This document shows positions 1-9,834 of a stretch of 46,868 nt of DNA, in pieces. A program made the translations under genes and the position numbers. The stretch's first letter is position 1. Each line of letters begins with the position of its first letter. The stretch covers positions 1 through 46,868 of the forward strand of contig JBHICG010000024.1 in the NCBI GenBank assembly GCA_046759445.1. The letters are read 5' to 3'. The notes beneath the pieces were generated by a model, which did not search any database, was not told the DNA's origin, and was given only the letters and a program-made list of their open reading frames with translations. The DNA comes from Candidatus Scalinduaceae bacterium. Lineage in GTDB: Bacteria > Planctomycetota > Brocadiia > Brocadiales > Scalinduaceae.

Positions 1-700
1 AACGTATACGTCCATTTGCAATCTTGCCAATACCTATTCTGCCTACGTAATCATTATAATCTAATGTGTGTATTAACATCTGAAATGGTTCATCGGGGTC
101 TGTCTTTGGCGGTGGAATGTGATTAATGATAGCCTCAAAGAGTGGTGTCAGATCAACGTTTTCTTCCGCCATTTCAAGCTTTGCATATCCATCCTTGGCG
201 CTCGCATATATAACGGGAAAGTCTAACTGATCGTCATCAGCATTTAAGTCCACAAACAGGTCAAATATCTCATCCAGGACTTCATCTGGCCTTCCGTCAG
301 TTCTATCAATCTTGTTGACAACGACAATGGGTTTGAGGTGAAAGCCTAATGCCTTCTGTAACACATATCTCGTCTGTGGCATTGGTCCTTCATAAGCATC
401 TACCAGAAGCAGTACTCCTTCTGCCATCTTCAAAGTGCGTTCCACTTCACCTCCAAAGTCTGTATGGCCTGGAGTGTCAATAATATTTAGTTTAATCCCT
501 TTGTATTGGATTGAAAAGTTTTTTGCGACTATCGTAATCCCACGTTCCTTTTCCTGATCGTGAGAGTCGAGTACACGTTCGGCTACTTGCTGATTAAGGC
601 GAAACACTCCCGTTTGCTTTAACATCTTATCTACTAACGTTGTCTTTCCATGATCCACATGGGCTATGATGGCAATGTTTCTAATGTTTTTTATTTCCAT
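1..700 (-). CDS. typA: Translational GTPase TypA/BipA, 5' part (runs off window)
   Basis: Manual minus-strand translation from ATG at 700 gives [34 protein letters not shown]...ERGITI...[14 protein letters not shown]...NKID, i.e. G1-G4 motifs with TypA-type wording. Absent from the ORF track because there is no stop in the window. Confidence 0.95.
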   Translation of the reverse strand, partial: MEIKNIRNIAIIAHVDHGKTTLVDKMLKQTGVFRLNQQVAERVLDSHDQEKERGITIVAKNFSIQYKGIKLNIIDTPGHTDFGGEVERTLKMAEGVLLLVDAYEGPMPQTRYVLQKALGFHLKPIVVVNKIDRTDGRPDEVLDEIFDLFVDLNADDDQLDFPVIYASAKDGYAKLEMAEENVDLTPLFEAIINHIPPPKTDPDEPFQMLIHTLDYNDYVGRIGIGKIANGRIR

Positions 701-969
701 AGTTACTTTCCATTTCTTTGTTTAAAACCTAACTTCAATAATTCTTGATTAAGGGTGTATTTCTAAATACACCTTATTTAAATGTCTTACAACATTTAAC
801 TATCAACTGTAAATGCTAAATCCTATATTATAAGGGAATTTTGGGATTATTGTAGTAAAAAATACAAAATTATAAATAGTATTATTATTTTTTCATTTTT
901 ATGTATATTTTTCAAAAGAGATTGCCGATAAGTATAAAAATAACCTTGACTAGATGAATACGGGAGAAG

Positions 970-1872
970 ATGCCATATACTTTATTCTTGATAATTATTG
1001 GTAAATATTATATTTTCTTAGATATGTGTAAAAATTTTCTTTCCCCACTGCTAGCTTGCGAAGCACAAGCGAGCAAGCTGTGGGGACTTTTTATATGTTT
1101 GACATTACTATTAACGACCGTCCCTGTTTTAGCGTTTGATTATAAATCTGAGATGGCAAATGTTAATAAAAAACAAGTGCTAGATGATGTGTATGCACTT
1201 GTTGATTCTGAGAAAGTAAAGCTGTTCAGATGGGAAAATAGGGAGATGGATAAAGCGATTATTGAGCTTTTTGATGTTTCTACTCCTAGATCAAAGCTTG
1301 AGCAGTTTTATACAATGCTTTTTTACATTTCTAAATATGCATCTATTGAAAAGGATGAGTTTGTTATTGATCGTGATTTGACTATTAGGCTTTTGATTTC
1401 TAGTAAGGTTTTTAGTAATCCTGAATTTCCAAAAAGAATTACTAAGGTTTTCTTTTCCAGGCATAATCGTGAAAACCCATTTTATAAAGTTTTCTTTGAT
1501 AGCAATAAAGTAAAACTGGATTTGAATAAGGGTGATGGATTCGGAATTTCCAGAGAAGGGATGCATCAGCAGGCAAAGTCATTGGTCTTTTACGGATCAT
1601 TTTCTTTCAGTTTAAGAAAGCAGGGAAATAATGTCGAAGCCTTTGATTTTGAAGATGTTGACCTTTATGGTTCTTTTGGTTCTCGAGGCTTTATTAATGT
1701 TGATATAAATTATGTTGCCATAAAGTCTGTTGAATTTCATAAAGGAACAGAAATGGCTCTTGTAAAGGCAAAGGTTTCAAGAAAAGAGTTTGAAATAAAC
1801 GAACACACCTGGCTTCTTGACCTTGTTACGAGATTTGTTAAGGACAGGTCCCTTCAACCCATTGACTGGTAA
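970..1872 (+). CDS. Hypothetical exported protein (start may be ATG 1024)
   Basis: 300-aa ORF with a hydrophobic signal-like stretch ending VPVLA-FDY. No recognisable family. Confidence 0.65.
   Translation: MPYTLFLIIIGKYYIFLDMCKNFLSPLLACEAQASKLWGLFICLTLLLTTVPVLAFDYKSEMANVNKKQVLDDVYALVDSEKVKLFRWENREMDKAIIELFDVSTPRSKLEQFYTMLFYISKYASIEKDEFVIDRDLTIRLLISSKVFSNPEFPKRITKVFFSRHNRENPFYKVFFDSNKVKLDLNKGDGFGISREGMHQQAKSLVFYGSFSFSLRKQGNNVEAFDFEDVDLYGSFGSRGFINVDINYVAIKSVEFHKGTEMALVKAKVSRKEFEINEHTWLLDLVTRFVKDRSLQPIDW
1042..1086. repeat. Palindromic element (TGCTAGCTTGC family) inside coding sequence
   Basis: tccccac-tgct-agcttgc...gcaagct-gtgggga. The same architecture occurs at 37511-37557. Confidence 0.75.
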
Positions 1873-2511
1873 GGTCTAATTCTGGAGACAACCCCTTATC
1901 AGGTTATATGTTCCATCTTAGAGTCTTCTACATGCCCGAACTCCATATTTATTGATTGGAGGCCATCGGCCATCCTTATTAATACGCTCATTTTTTACAA
2001 TTTTCTCTTTTACATTGAATTTTGTTTAGGACTGGGATTTGGTGTTTAACTGAATTATAAAGCCAAGAATGTAGAAAGTTATGTCCTCACTCCAACTTTT
2101 CTGAGTTTCATGAGAATTGTAACCCTTTAACCTTTCAAGGGAGAGGTATGTACTCATTTCCTGTCTTATTCTAAATAACTTCCTCTTACATCTTTATTAT
2201 CACTGAGTAGTATAATTATCTCTAACTGTCAATCACTGGATTCAGCTATCAAACATAACCTATTCACAATTGATTCGATTGATAATAATGTCTAAACATT
2301 TCTATCACACGCCATAGGCCTGCTGCATAATGCGAAGATCTTTGTTTTAAATTTACCCTACCATAATATTAAGGATTTATATATAAAAGTGGTAGATTAT
2401 TAAGTATTTTTTAAAAATAAAGTCTAGTAAAATAAGCATAAATAGTTAAGATACATTTAATTTATTAACGGGTAGAAATCTCTAGACTTATTATTTCAAA
2501 GGAGGATTGTT

Positions 2512-3048
2512 ATGGTGATCAAGACAAATGGTATCAATCATCCGGCTCTCTTTGGACGGAATCTGGATGAGACAATACAATTCTATACTGAAGTACTGGG
2601 TATGCGTCTGGTACTGCGTCAGCCAAACCTGGATGAGCCTCGAATGACTCACTTATTCTTTTCGGCTGGAAATGGAGCCTTTATTGCCTTCTTTGTACCC
2701 AATGAGGACAGTGGATTAAAACTACGCAAGGGTAGTGAGGGAATAGGCTCAATGCAGCATATGGCATTGAATTTAGACATATCCATTGAAGAAGCTATGG
2801 AGACCCTTAACAAGTACAAAATAGAGTTTAGCGGGCCAATTGACAGGGGATACGAACGCTCCCTGTACTTCCATGATCCTAATGGAGTTAAAGTAGAACT
2901 GCTAACGTGGAAAACGCCTCTACCTGTGGGTGCCGACGAAGCAAAAGTAATTGCCAGGGCTCAGAGCATCCGTGAAGAGGAAGGGGCTTACAATATAGAG
3001 GATAAACACGTAAGACAGGCTATGGCCGAACTCGGCTTCAACAAGTAG
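2512..3048 (+). CDS. VOC/glyoxalase family protein
   Basis: GINHPAL...FYTEVLGMRL, QHMAL and SLYFHDPNGVKVEL motifs; GGAGGA RBS upstream. Confidence 0.9.
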   Translation: MVIKTNGINHPALFGRNLDETIQFYTEVLGMRLVLRQPNLDEPRMTHLFFSAGNGAFIAFFVPNEDSGLKLRKGSEGIGSMQHMALNLDISIEEAMETLNKYKIEFSGPIDRGYERSLYFHDPNGVKVELLTWKTPLPVGADEAKVIARAQSIREEEGAYNIEDKHVRQAMAELGFNK

Positions 3049-3276
3049 CTTAAAAGATAATGAGTGACCGAATAAGTTGTTGTAACCTATTATTGAAATT
3101 TTAACTATCTAGAGCTTCAGAATATCTAGAGTGACACCTGTTGTTATTTGTCAATCATTTTATGTATAATGATAATAATTCTTTACCAAACTGAAAAAAT
3201 AATATTTAGGGAATAATATATATCAAGATCAGCTTGAATAATTACATAATGAATACTTTCAGAAAGGATGTAAGAG

Positions 3277-4539
3277 ATGAGAAAGATTCTCTTTGTAGAT
3301 GATAATCCAAAAGAGATTAAGGGGTTAAAGAAGATATTGCAACCTATGCTCCAGGAATGGGAAGTGGAGTTTGCGTTAAGTGGAAAAGAAGCTCTCAGCT
3401 TTATGAATGAATCAATCTTTGATGTTATCGTATCCGACACGCATATGCCTGAAATGAACGGTGTAGAATTGCTTGGTATCGTTATGGAACGACATCCTGC
3501 GACTGTTCGTATTATCCTTTCAGAACATTCTGACAAAGAGATGGTATTAAAGTCTGTCGAGACTGCGCATCAGTTTTTAATGAAACCGTGTAATGTAGAG
3601 ATCATAAGGTACACAATTGAACGTGCATGTAAGCTTCGAGATTTGTTAGGAAATGAAACTTTGAAAAGGATTGTTGGAGGTATAAAAGATCTGCCCAGCC
3701 TCCCAAAATTATATAATTTGATTATAAATGAAATGAAGTCTCCTGATGCTTCCCTTAAGAGAGTGGGTGAAATTATTGCTCAGGATATTTCAATGTCTGC
3801 AAAAATATTACAGCTTGTTAACTCAGCTTTTTTTGGACTTCCACGAAAAATTACAGATCCACAGCAAGCTGCAGTTTATCTGGGATCGGAAACATTAAAG
3901 GCGCTTGTTCTTTCAATTAATTTGTTTTCTTCATTTCCTGAAGATTCTGAATTATTCTGGTTTTCCCTGGCTGACATGCGCAAGAGGAGCTTGATGGTAG
4001 GAAGACTTGCCAGGGACATAGCCAATATTGAATCAGAAGATAAAAGTACGGTGGAAGTGGCATTAATTGCTGGAATATTACACGATATAGGAAGATTAAT
4101 CATGTTAAAAATTCCTGATCAATGCAGAATGATGATGGATTTTATTGAGAGAACGGGGTGCGGTCTTTTGGAGGCTGAATACACTGTTATGAAAACGTCT
4201 CATGCAGAATTGGGGGGATATCTGTTAGGACTCTGGGGAATTGATAACAGTATAGTTGAGGCAGTTGCCTTTCATCATAATCCGTCCAGGTTACTGGAGG
4301 GTACTGTTGTCCAGTTAAAAAAACCCTCTGGTGAAGACGTTGGCAATAAACTCTCGCAGGAATTATCTGCGCTGACGGCCGTACATATTGCAAATTCACT
4401 AATGATGCAGGAGGATAGCTCTTCTGACACCACCATCTATCCATATGTTGATATACGGTATCTAAAAGCGCTCAATTTGGAAAATAAATTACCTGAGTGG
4501 ATGGACTGTTGTAACAAAATAAAGCAAGAAGATGTTTAA
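3277..4539 (+). CDS. Response regulator receiver + HDOD domain protein
   Basis: ILFVDD, VIVSDTHMPEMNG and LMKP receiver motifs; LPSLP, KILQLVNSAFFGL, AGILHDIG, HAELGGYLLGLW and HH HDOD motifs. Confidence 0.92.
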   Translation: MRKILFVDDNPKEIKGLKKILQPMLQEWEVEFALSGKEALSFMNESIFDVIVSDTHMPEMNGVELLGIVMERHPATVRIILSEHSDKEMVLKSVETAHQFLMKPCNVEIIRYTIERACKLRDLLGNETLKRIVGGIKDLPSLPKLYNLIINEMKSPDASLKRVGEIIAQDISMSAKILQLVNSAFFGLPRKITDPQQAAVYLGSETLKALVLSINLFSSFPEDSELFWFSLADMRKRSLMVGRLARDIANIESEDKSTVEVALIAGILHDIGRLIMLKIPDQCRMMMDFIERTGCGLLEAEYTVMKTSHAELGGYLLGLWGIDNSIVEAVAFHHNPSRLLEGTVVQLKKPSGEDVGNKLSQELSALTAVHIANSLMMQEDSSSDTTIYPYVDIRYLKALNLENKLPEWMDCCNKIKQEDV

Positions 4540-4802
4540 TGCAAAAGAAAAACATTAACATATTATGTTGACTGCTTGTGTTTTGATTAATTGAAAGACT
4601 TTATGCAAAAAAATGATATAATATAAAAAAGATATGTTTTTTAACCTAAAAAATATGCTGAATTTTAAATCACCTTCCACTTGATGAACAATTTGTATTT
4701 TCGTTGACATCTCGTGCAAAGAGGATTCCGGACTAAAGTATTCGGCATAGTATTTAAATGAAATTTTAAATATTTTAATATTAAGAGAATTATTAAGAAA
4801 CC

Positions 4803-5510
4803 ATGTCCACTGAATCACAAATGACTATGCATAAAATCGGCATGTTGAATGAAAAGTCTCTTCATTCAGCTTTGAAAGAATGGTATACGAGGCCGAATGA
4901 CAGGTTAGAGGTGTCTGTAGACGGGTTCCATGTCGACATCGTCCGTGGTGATCTTTTGGTAGAGATACAAGTGCAAAACTTTACGGCGATGAAACGCAAG
5001 ATTGCCAGGTTAACTTCACACCGCCCTGTTAGGCTGGTGCATCCTATAACGTTAGAAAAATGGCTTGTAAAGCTGGCACAAGACGGTTACAGTCATTTGT
5101 CTCGCCGAAAATCACCCAAACGAGGCGCCATTGAATATCTCTTTGAAGAACTTGTGAGTTTTCCAAAAATGCTTCTAAACCCAAACTTTTCATTAGAGGT
5201 ATTGTTTATACAGGAAGAAGAGGTCCGTCGATACGACAGTACTCGTTGTTGGCGAAGAAAGAATTGGGTCATACACGAGAGACGCCTCCTACGTGTAATG
5301 GGTCAACGGATTTTCAAAACTACGTCAGATATTGCTAACATCATTCCAAAAGCCTTGACTGAACCATTTACCACATCAGACCTGGCACATGCCATCCGTA
5401 AACCCGCTTGGCTTGCACAAAAAATGGCATATTGCATGCGGAATATGAACATAATCTCGCCCGTGGGAAAACGTCGAAATGCTATCCTGTATACACGGTC
5501 AATTGCTTGA
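4803..5510 (+). CDS. Conserved hypothetical protein, possible PD-(D/E)XK-like nuclease with C-terminal wHTH-like segment
   Basis: LNEKSLHSALKEWY...VDIVRGDLLVEIQ (D..ExQ spacing); C-terminal FTTSDLAHAI...LAQKMAYCMRNMNIISPVGKRRNAILY. Confidence 0.6.
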   Translation: MSTESQMTMHKIGMLNEKSLHSALKEWYTRPNDRLEVSVDGFHVDIVRGDLLVEIQVQNFTAMKRKIARLTSHRPVRLVHPITLEKWLVKLAQDGYSHLSRRKSPKRGAIEYLFEELVSFPKMLLNPNFSLEVLFIQEEEVRRYDSTRCWRRKNWVIHERRLLRVMGQRIFKTTSDIANIIPKALTEPFTTSDLAHAIRKPAWLAQKMAYCMRNMNIISPVGKRRNAILYTRSIA

Positions 5511-5630
5511 GCCAGATATGTTCTGCCAAAAAAGAGGTGTTTAACATCGCTAAAAGATAGATATTGCTTTTTAATAATTCCACATGAATATCAATGCTAG
5601 CTAATCAAATTAAGCATTAAAGAGATTAAA

Positions 5631-8600
5631 ATGACAGATAAGACAAACTACTTCAGACAAAAGAGAGAATTTTTGAAGAAGCACAGACCATTTTCCTTAT
5701 TGTCTAATAACCTTTTGAAAAAGGTGGTTTCAAAAATTCAAGTCCATCACTATGGAGTAGGTCAAATTATATTTGAAAGGGGTGAGAAAGGTAATTGTCT
5801 GTATATAATTTCTTCTGGCTGTGTACTGGAAACCTTAATTAATAATAGTGCCGAAGAAACAACCGTAGCAGTTCATAGAGAAGGGGACTGTTTTGGAGCT
5901 ATTTCATTACTTACCGATGAACCCTATTTAGCTACCACAAAAGCAAAAGAAGATGTCGAACTTTATGTTCTTTACAAAAAAGACCTAGAGGAACTAATTC
6001 AAAGAAATCCTGTTTTAGGCACGTACCTGAATAGAACTGTGTCAATGAGAATAAAGACATTTCTTGATTTTTTAGAAAAGGAAAAAATTAAGATAGTTGA
6101 AGAATTGGAAGACAAATCGGAGAAAGAAAGAAAGTTAGACGTAATAAATAGGGTAACCACACTTTTCCATTTAGATGAAGATATTAACAAGATACTATCA
6201 ATGGTTGTCAAGGAAGTTAACCAGGAAATGAATGCAGATGCATGTTCAATTTTTTTATTAGATCCTATTTCTAATAATCTAATACTCGAAGCGGCTGTAG
6301 GCTTTGATCACAAAGCGGTGAAAAGAATAAGGATGCGACTAGATGAGGGAATTACAGGATGGGTAGTTAGAAATGCTGAACCCGTTGCCCTTGAAGATGT
6401 ACATACGGATCAGAGAGTAAGGTTCATTTCTGAAATCCATGAAGATCGTTTGTCTTCAATATTATCAGTACCGTTGGGAAGCAAGAAGGATATTATTGGC
6501 GCCATCAACATCCAGACTATTGATAAAAGAATATACACATATGAAGACATTAGAGGATTATCAATCCTGGCAAATCATATTACACTTGCAATTTCACATG
6601 CACGACTTAAGAAAAGAATCCATATTGCAGAACACGTAAAGGATAAGAAGGACACAGAAAAAATAGGTTTTGTAGGAAAGGGTAAATATATTGATAAAAT
6701 AAATTCGTTTGTTGATAACATGGCAATGCACGACGAACCCGTATTAATAAGTGGTGAGGATGGAACCGGTAAGATTCCTATGGCAAAAATCATTCATTAT
6801 AAAAGCAAACGTTATATGGGGCCTTTTGTAAAAATAGACTGTAGGGATATTAATAAAGACTCATGGGGGGCTGAACTCTTTGGTAGAGAAAAGAGTTCAT
6901 ACATAATAAGTTGCGATGATGCTATCAAAAAAGAAGAACTGGAAGGGGATTCAACTAATAAAGGCACAGAGATAGAGGATATAGCGACACGTTTAGGATA
7001 TATCGAATTGGCTGATTCAGGAACTATCTTCTTGAATCATGTAGATATCTTAAACCAGGCAAATCAAATCAAGTTACTTAATTACTTGCAGGAAGGATGG
7101 TTTAGACGCATTAATGGGAGTGACACCATTTACTCAAATGCAAGAGTAGTTACATCTGTATCTGAAGATATTGCTACGTCTATTGAGAAAGGAAGGTTTG
7201 ATAAAAATCTCTATGATATCTTAGGTAAACATTCCATTCACCTAAAGGCCCTTAGAAATCAGAAGCGTAGTATCCCAATGCTTACAAAACACTTTCTTGA
7301 GAGGATAAGCAAGGAACTACATAAAGATGTGAGAAATATATCTGATAATGCCATGGGACGATTAATGAGTTATGATTGGCCAGGAAATGTAACAGAACTA
7401 GAGAACGTGCTTAGACGTGCAGTTAGCTTAGCAAAGAGTAATACTATCACATCTGAACTGATCTTTTTAGGTATACCAAGGGGTGAAAAGAAATGGTCTT
7501 TTAATATTCTATCATTGGATGTGATTAAAAGTTTTTTGAAAAGCAAATTGTTTCCATTGGGTTTTCAAATCATAAGCTTCACATTTCTGATATTTACGCT
7601 CTGTGTACTATTCATAGGACATAAAGACGGTCTTTTGAACTTTGCAAATGTTTTTTTGTGGTCGGCAGGTTTGTTTTTTGTTTATCTGTCAGCTCTAATA
7701 TCTGGAAGGTCTTTTTGTGGAATATGTCCATTTGCGGCAGCCGGTGATTGGGTACAAAGATTGAAATGTTTTAACTTAGAAATTCCAAAAGTACTAGTTA
7801 CATACGGGCAATATATCACTATTGGATTGATACTCTTAGTGTTTTGGTTCGAAGGCGTAACACTTATGCCTCGATCCTCAACATTAACCGCATCCCTTAT
7901 TATGTTTATTTTTTTAGGAGCTATTATCTCAGGTATTCTCTTTGAAAGGAGAGCATGGTGTAGATATGTCTGCCCACTTGGCGGTATGCTTGGTATTTAT
8001 TCACTTTCATCAGTAACTTCATTGAAAGCAAACAGAAACGTTTGTCTGAATCAGTGCGAGACTCACGATTGTTATTTAGGAACGAGGCTTATAAAAGGTT
8101 GCCCTTTGTATTTACACCCTTATGGCTTGGAAAGCAATAGAGATTGCGTTTTATGCATGAATTGTTTCAAAAACTGTGGTCACAGTTCAATAAAGGTCAA
8201 TCTTCAAATTCCAGGAAGCGACATAGGCGAGTTATCCAATAGATCTCTGGTAGACTCACTCATATCACTATCTTTATTGGGTGTGCTATTCGTAGAATAT
8301 AGAAGCCTCTTAAGTATTGATTCTCAATGGTTTCAGTTAATTTACAATTATATTGGAATAAATGAAATGGCGCTCTATACAATAATATTCGTCTTTGTAA
8401 TTGCTGCACCAATTGTTTCTATTTGGCTTTCCGATTGTATATGTAGTGGATTTTCGTTCGGTAAGGCAAAAGAAAGGATTGCAGATTTTGGATATGCCGC
8501 CATCCCCCTTGCACTTATGGGGCATCTTGCCTTTTACTGGGACAAACTTAAAGCAAATTTCTGGCAATTACTAGAAGCAACAAACATTTATAAGACAGTC

Positions 8601-8816
8601 AGTACCGAAAATGAGTTATTAAATACCGTTAACCAAATGGGGAATTTATCATCTTTTGAACTATTAGTCATACTTTTGGGGTTTATTGGAAGTATTTACG
8701 TCTTTTACATTATTTCAAAGAAGGTTGGATACATCTTAACGAAATCAACAATCGCTTGTTATTTTACCACTTTCGCAATTTTCACTCTAATGTATGCATA
8801 TATTCTGCAGCTTTAA
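5631..8816 (+). CDS. cNMP-binding + GAF + degenerate sigma54-type AAA+ + polytopic membrane 4Fe-4S (NapH/RdxA-like) fusion
   Basis: IFERGEKGNCLYII...GDCFG (cNMP); GITGWV...SILSVPL...IGAIN (GAF); GEDGTGK and WPGNVTELENV (AAA); FCGICPF, WCRYVCPLG and CVLCMNCFKNC plus many TM helices. Confidence 0.88.
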   Translation: MTDKTNYFRQKREFLKKHRPFSLLSNNLLKKVVSKIQVHHYGVGQIIFERGEKGNCLYIISSGCVLETLINNSAEETTVAVHREGDCFGAISLLTDEPYLATTKAKEDVELYVLYKKDLEELIQRNPVLGTYLNRTVSMRIKTFLDFLEKEKIKIVEELEDKSEKERKLDVINRVTTLFHLDEDINKILSMVVKEVNQEMNADACSIFLLDPISNNLILEAAVGFDHKAVKRIRMRLDEGITGWVVRNAEPVALEDVHTDQRVRFISEIHEDRLSSILSVPLGSKKDIIGAINIQTIDKRIYTYEDIRGLSILANHITLAISHARLKKRIHIAEHVKDKKDTEKIGFVGKGKYIDKINSFVDNMAMHDEPVLISGEDGTGKIPMAKIIHYKSKRYMGPFVKIDCRDINKDSWGAELFGREKSSYIISCDDAIKKEELEGDSTNKGTEIEDIATRLGYIELADSGTIFLNHVDILNQANQIKLLNYLQEGWFRRINGSDTIYSNARVVTSVSEDIATSIEKGRFDKNLYDILGKHSIHLKALRNQKRSIPMLTKHFLERISKELHKDVRNISDNAMGRLMSYDWPGNVTELENVLRRAVSLAKSNTITSELIFLGIPRGEKKWSFNILSLDVIKSFLKSKLFPLGFQIISFTFLIFTLCVLFIGHKDGLLNFANVFLWSAGLFFVYLSALISGRSFCGICPFAAAGDWVQRLKCFNLEIPKVLVTYGQYITIGLILLVFWFEGVTLMPRSSTLTASLIMFIFLGAIISGILFERRAWCRYVCPLGGMLGIYSLSSVTSLKANRNVCLNQCETHDCYLGTRLIKGCPLYLHPYGLESNRDCVLCMNCFKNCGHSSIKVNLQIPGSDIGELSNRSLVDSLISLSLLGVLFVEYRSLLSIDSQWFQLIYNYIGINEMALYTIIFVFVIAAPIVSIWLSDCICSGFSFGKAKERIADFGYAAIPLALMGHLAFYWDKLKANFWQLLEATNIYKTVSTENELLNTVNQMGNLSSFELLVILLGFIGSIYVFYIISKKVGYILTKSTIACYFTTFAIFTLMYAYILQL

Positions 8817-8914
8817 CGAATTCACAACTTCTTTAGATTTTGTAGGGTATAAACTTTGGTACATTATCTGTATTTCTCATTTTCAATAAAAATATTTCTA
8901 CTATTTTTCTTTTA

Positions 8915-9703
8915 TTATTTTGCCTTTTTAATTGCGTTTAAGATCATACTCTTTGAAGGATAATAAAATGGTTTGCCGTCTATATAATATATGCGACTCT
9001 TTAAACCATAATCTTTAGTGTCTATGAATCCTTTTTCGACATCTTCTCCATTAACCCTTACGGTTGGAGAGCCAATAAAATGTAAATTTCTAGCATCTTC
9101 TTCCTTTTCAATTTGTATCAAGTTTATTTCCGCGTAAATAGATTCATCTGTAACAATTTCTTCAATATATTTTTTTACATATTTGTAGCCGGGACAACCT
9201 CTGATAAACAAGATATCTATCTTAATTGTTTTGATTGGGGTTTGTGTTATTGTAACTTTTATTTCGCCAATATTGTCCTTATATCCTTTTCCATATAGAT
9301 GAAATAATTCATCATTTATAGTTAAATATAAATAATTGCCCCCTTCATCAGGTCTGACATAATACGAGCCAGATAGTCCCATTGGCAAAATACGACCATC
9401 GCCTATTCTACCAAGAAGCATGCCCAAGTTTTCCCCCGGTAATGCATAATCACCCAAAGCAGGAACCGGTATCCCATCAGCATTATGTCCTTCAGGAAAC
9501 AATTCTGTATTGAAGCTCCAATAATCATCGTCTCTTACTTGCCACGTAATAGTAGATGACCCTCTCAGGATAACTTGAGTTATTTGCCATGGCGTATTTG
9601 CATGCACAATAATCTCTTCTGCAACAATATCCTTTTGATTGTGGATTATACAGATCAAAAAGAATAGGATTGTCAAGATGATGATATTCAGTCGTCTTTT
9701 CAC
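8915..9703 (-). CDS. Exported PA-IL/LecA-like domain fused to thioredoxin-like (DF/DUF2703-type) domain
   Basis: Signal peptide; VHANTPWQ...GMLLGRIG...LTIND...YKDNIGEIKVTI, then ILFIRGCPGY...FIGSPTVRVNGEDV. GTG start. Confidence 0.65.
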   Translation of the reverse strand: MKRRLNIIILTILFFLICIIHNQKDIVAEEIIVHANTPWQITQVILRGSSTITWQVRDDDYWSFNTELFPEGHNADGIPVPALGDYALPGENLGMLLGRIGDGRILPMGLSGSYYVRPDEGGNYLYLTINDELFHLYGKGYKDNIGEIKVTITQTPIKTIKIDILFIRGCPGYKYVKKYIEEIVTDESIYAEINLIQIEKEEDARNLHFIGSPTVRVNGEDVEKGFIDTKDYGLKSRIYYIDGKPFYYPSKSMILNAIKKAK

Positions 9704-9834
9704 TTTTTGTTTACAATGAGATAATAATACTCATAATTATTGGAAGATGGAATTATACTATTCTAAAAATGTATTTCAACCATATACCTTTAGGTCATAT
9801 AGATTAGTGACTTAAAGGAGTTAATTTATTAAAA

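Noticed and set aside
1873..2511. Possible ncRNA or gene relic in a long intergenic gap
   Set aside because: No recognisable RNA motif or reading frame.
4555..4818. 87-aa minus-strand ORF
   Set aside because: AT-rich intergenic frame with no RBS or motif.
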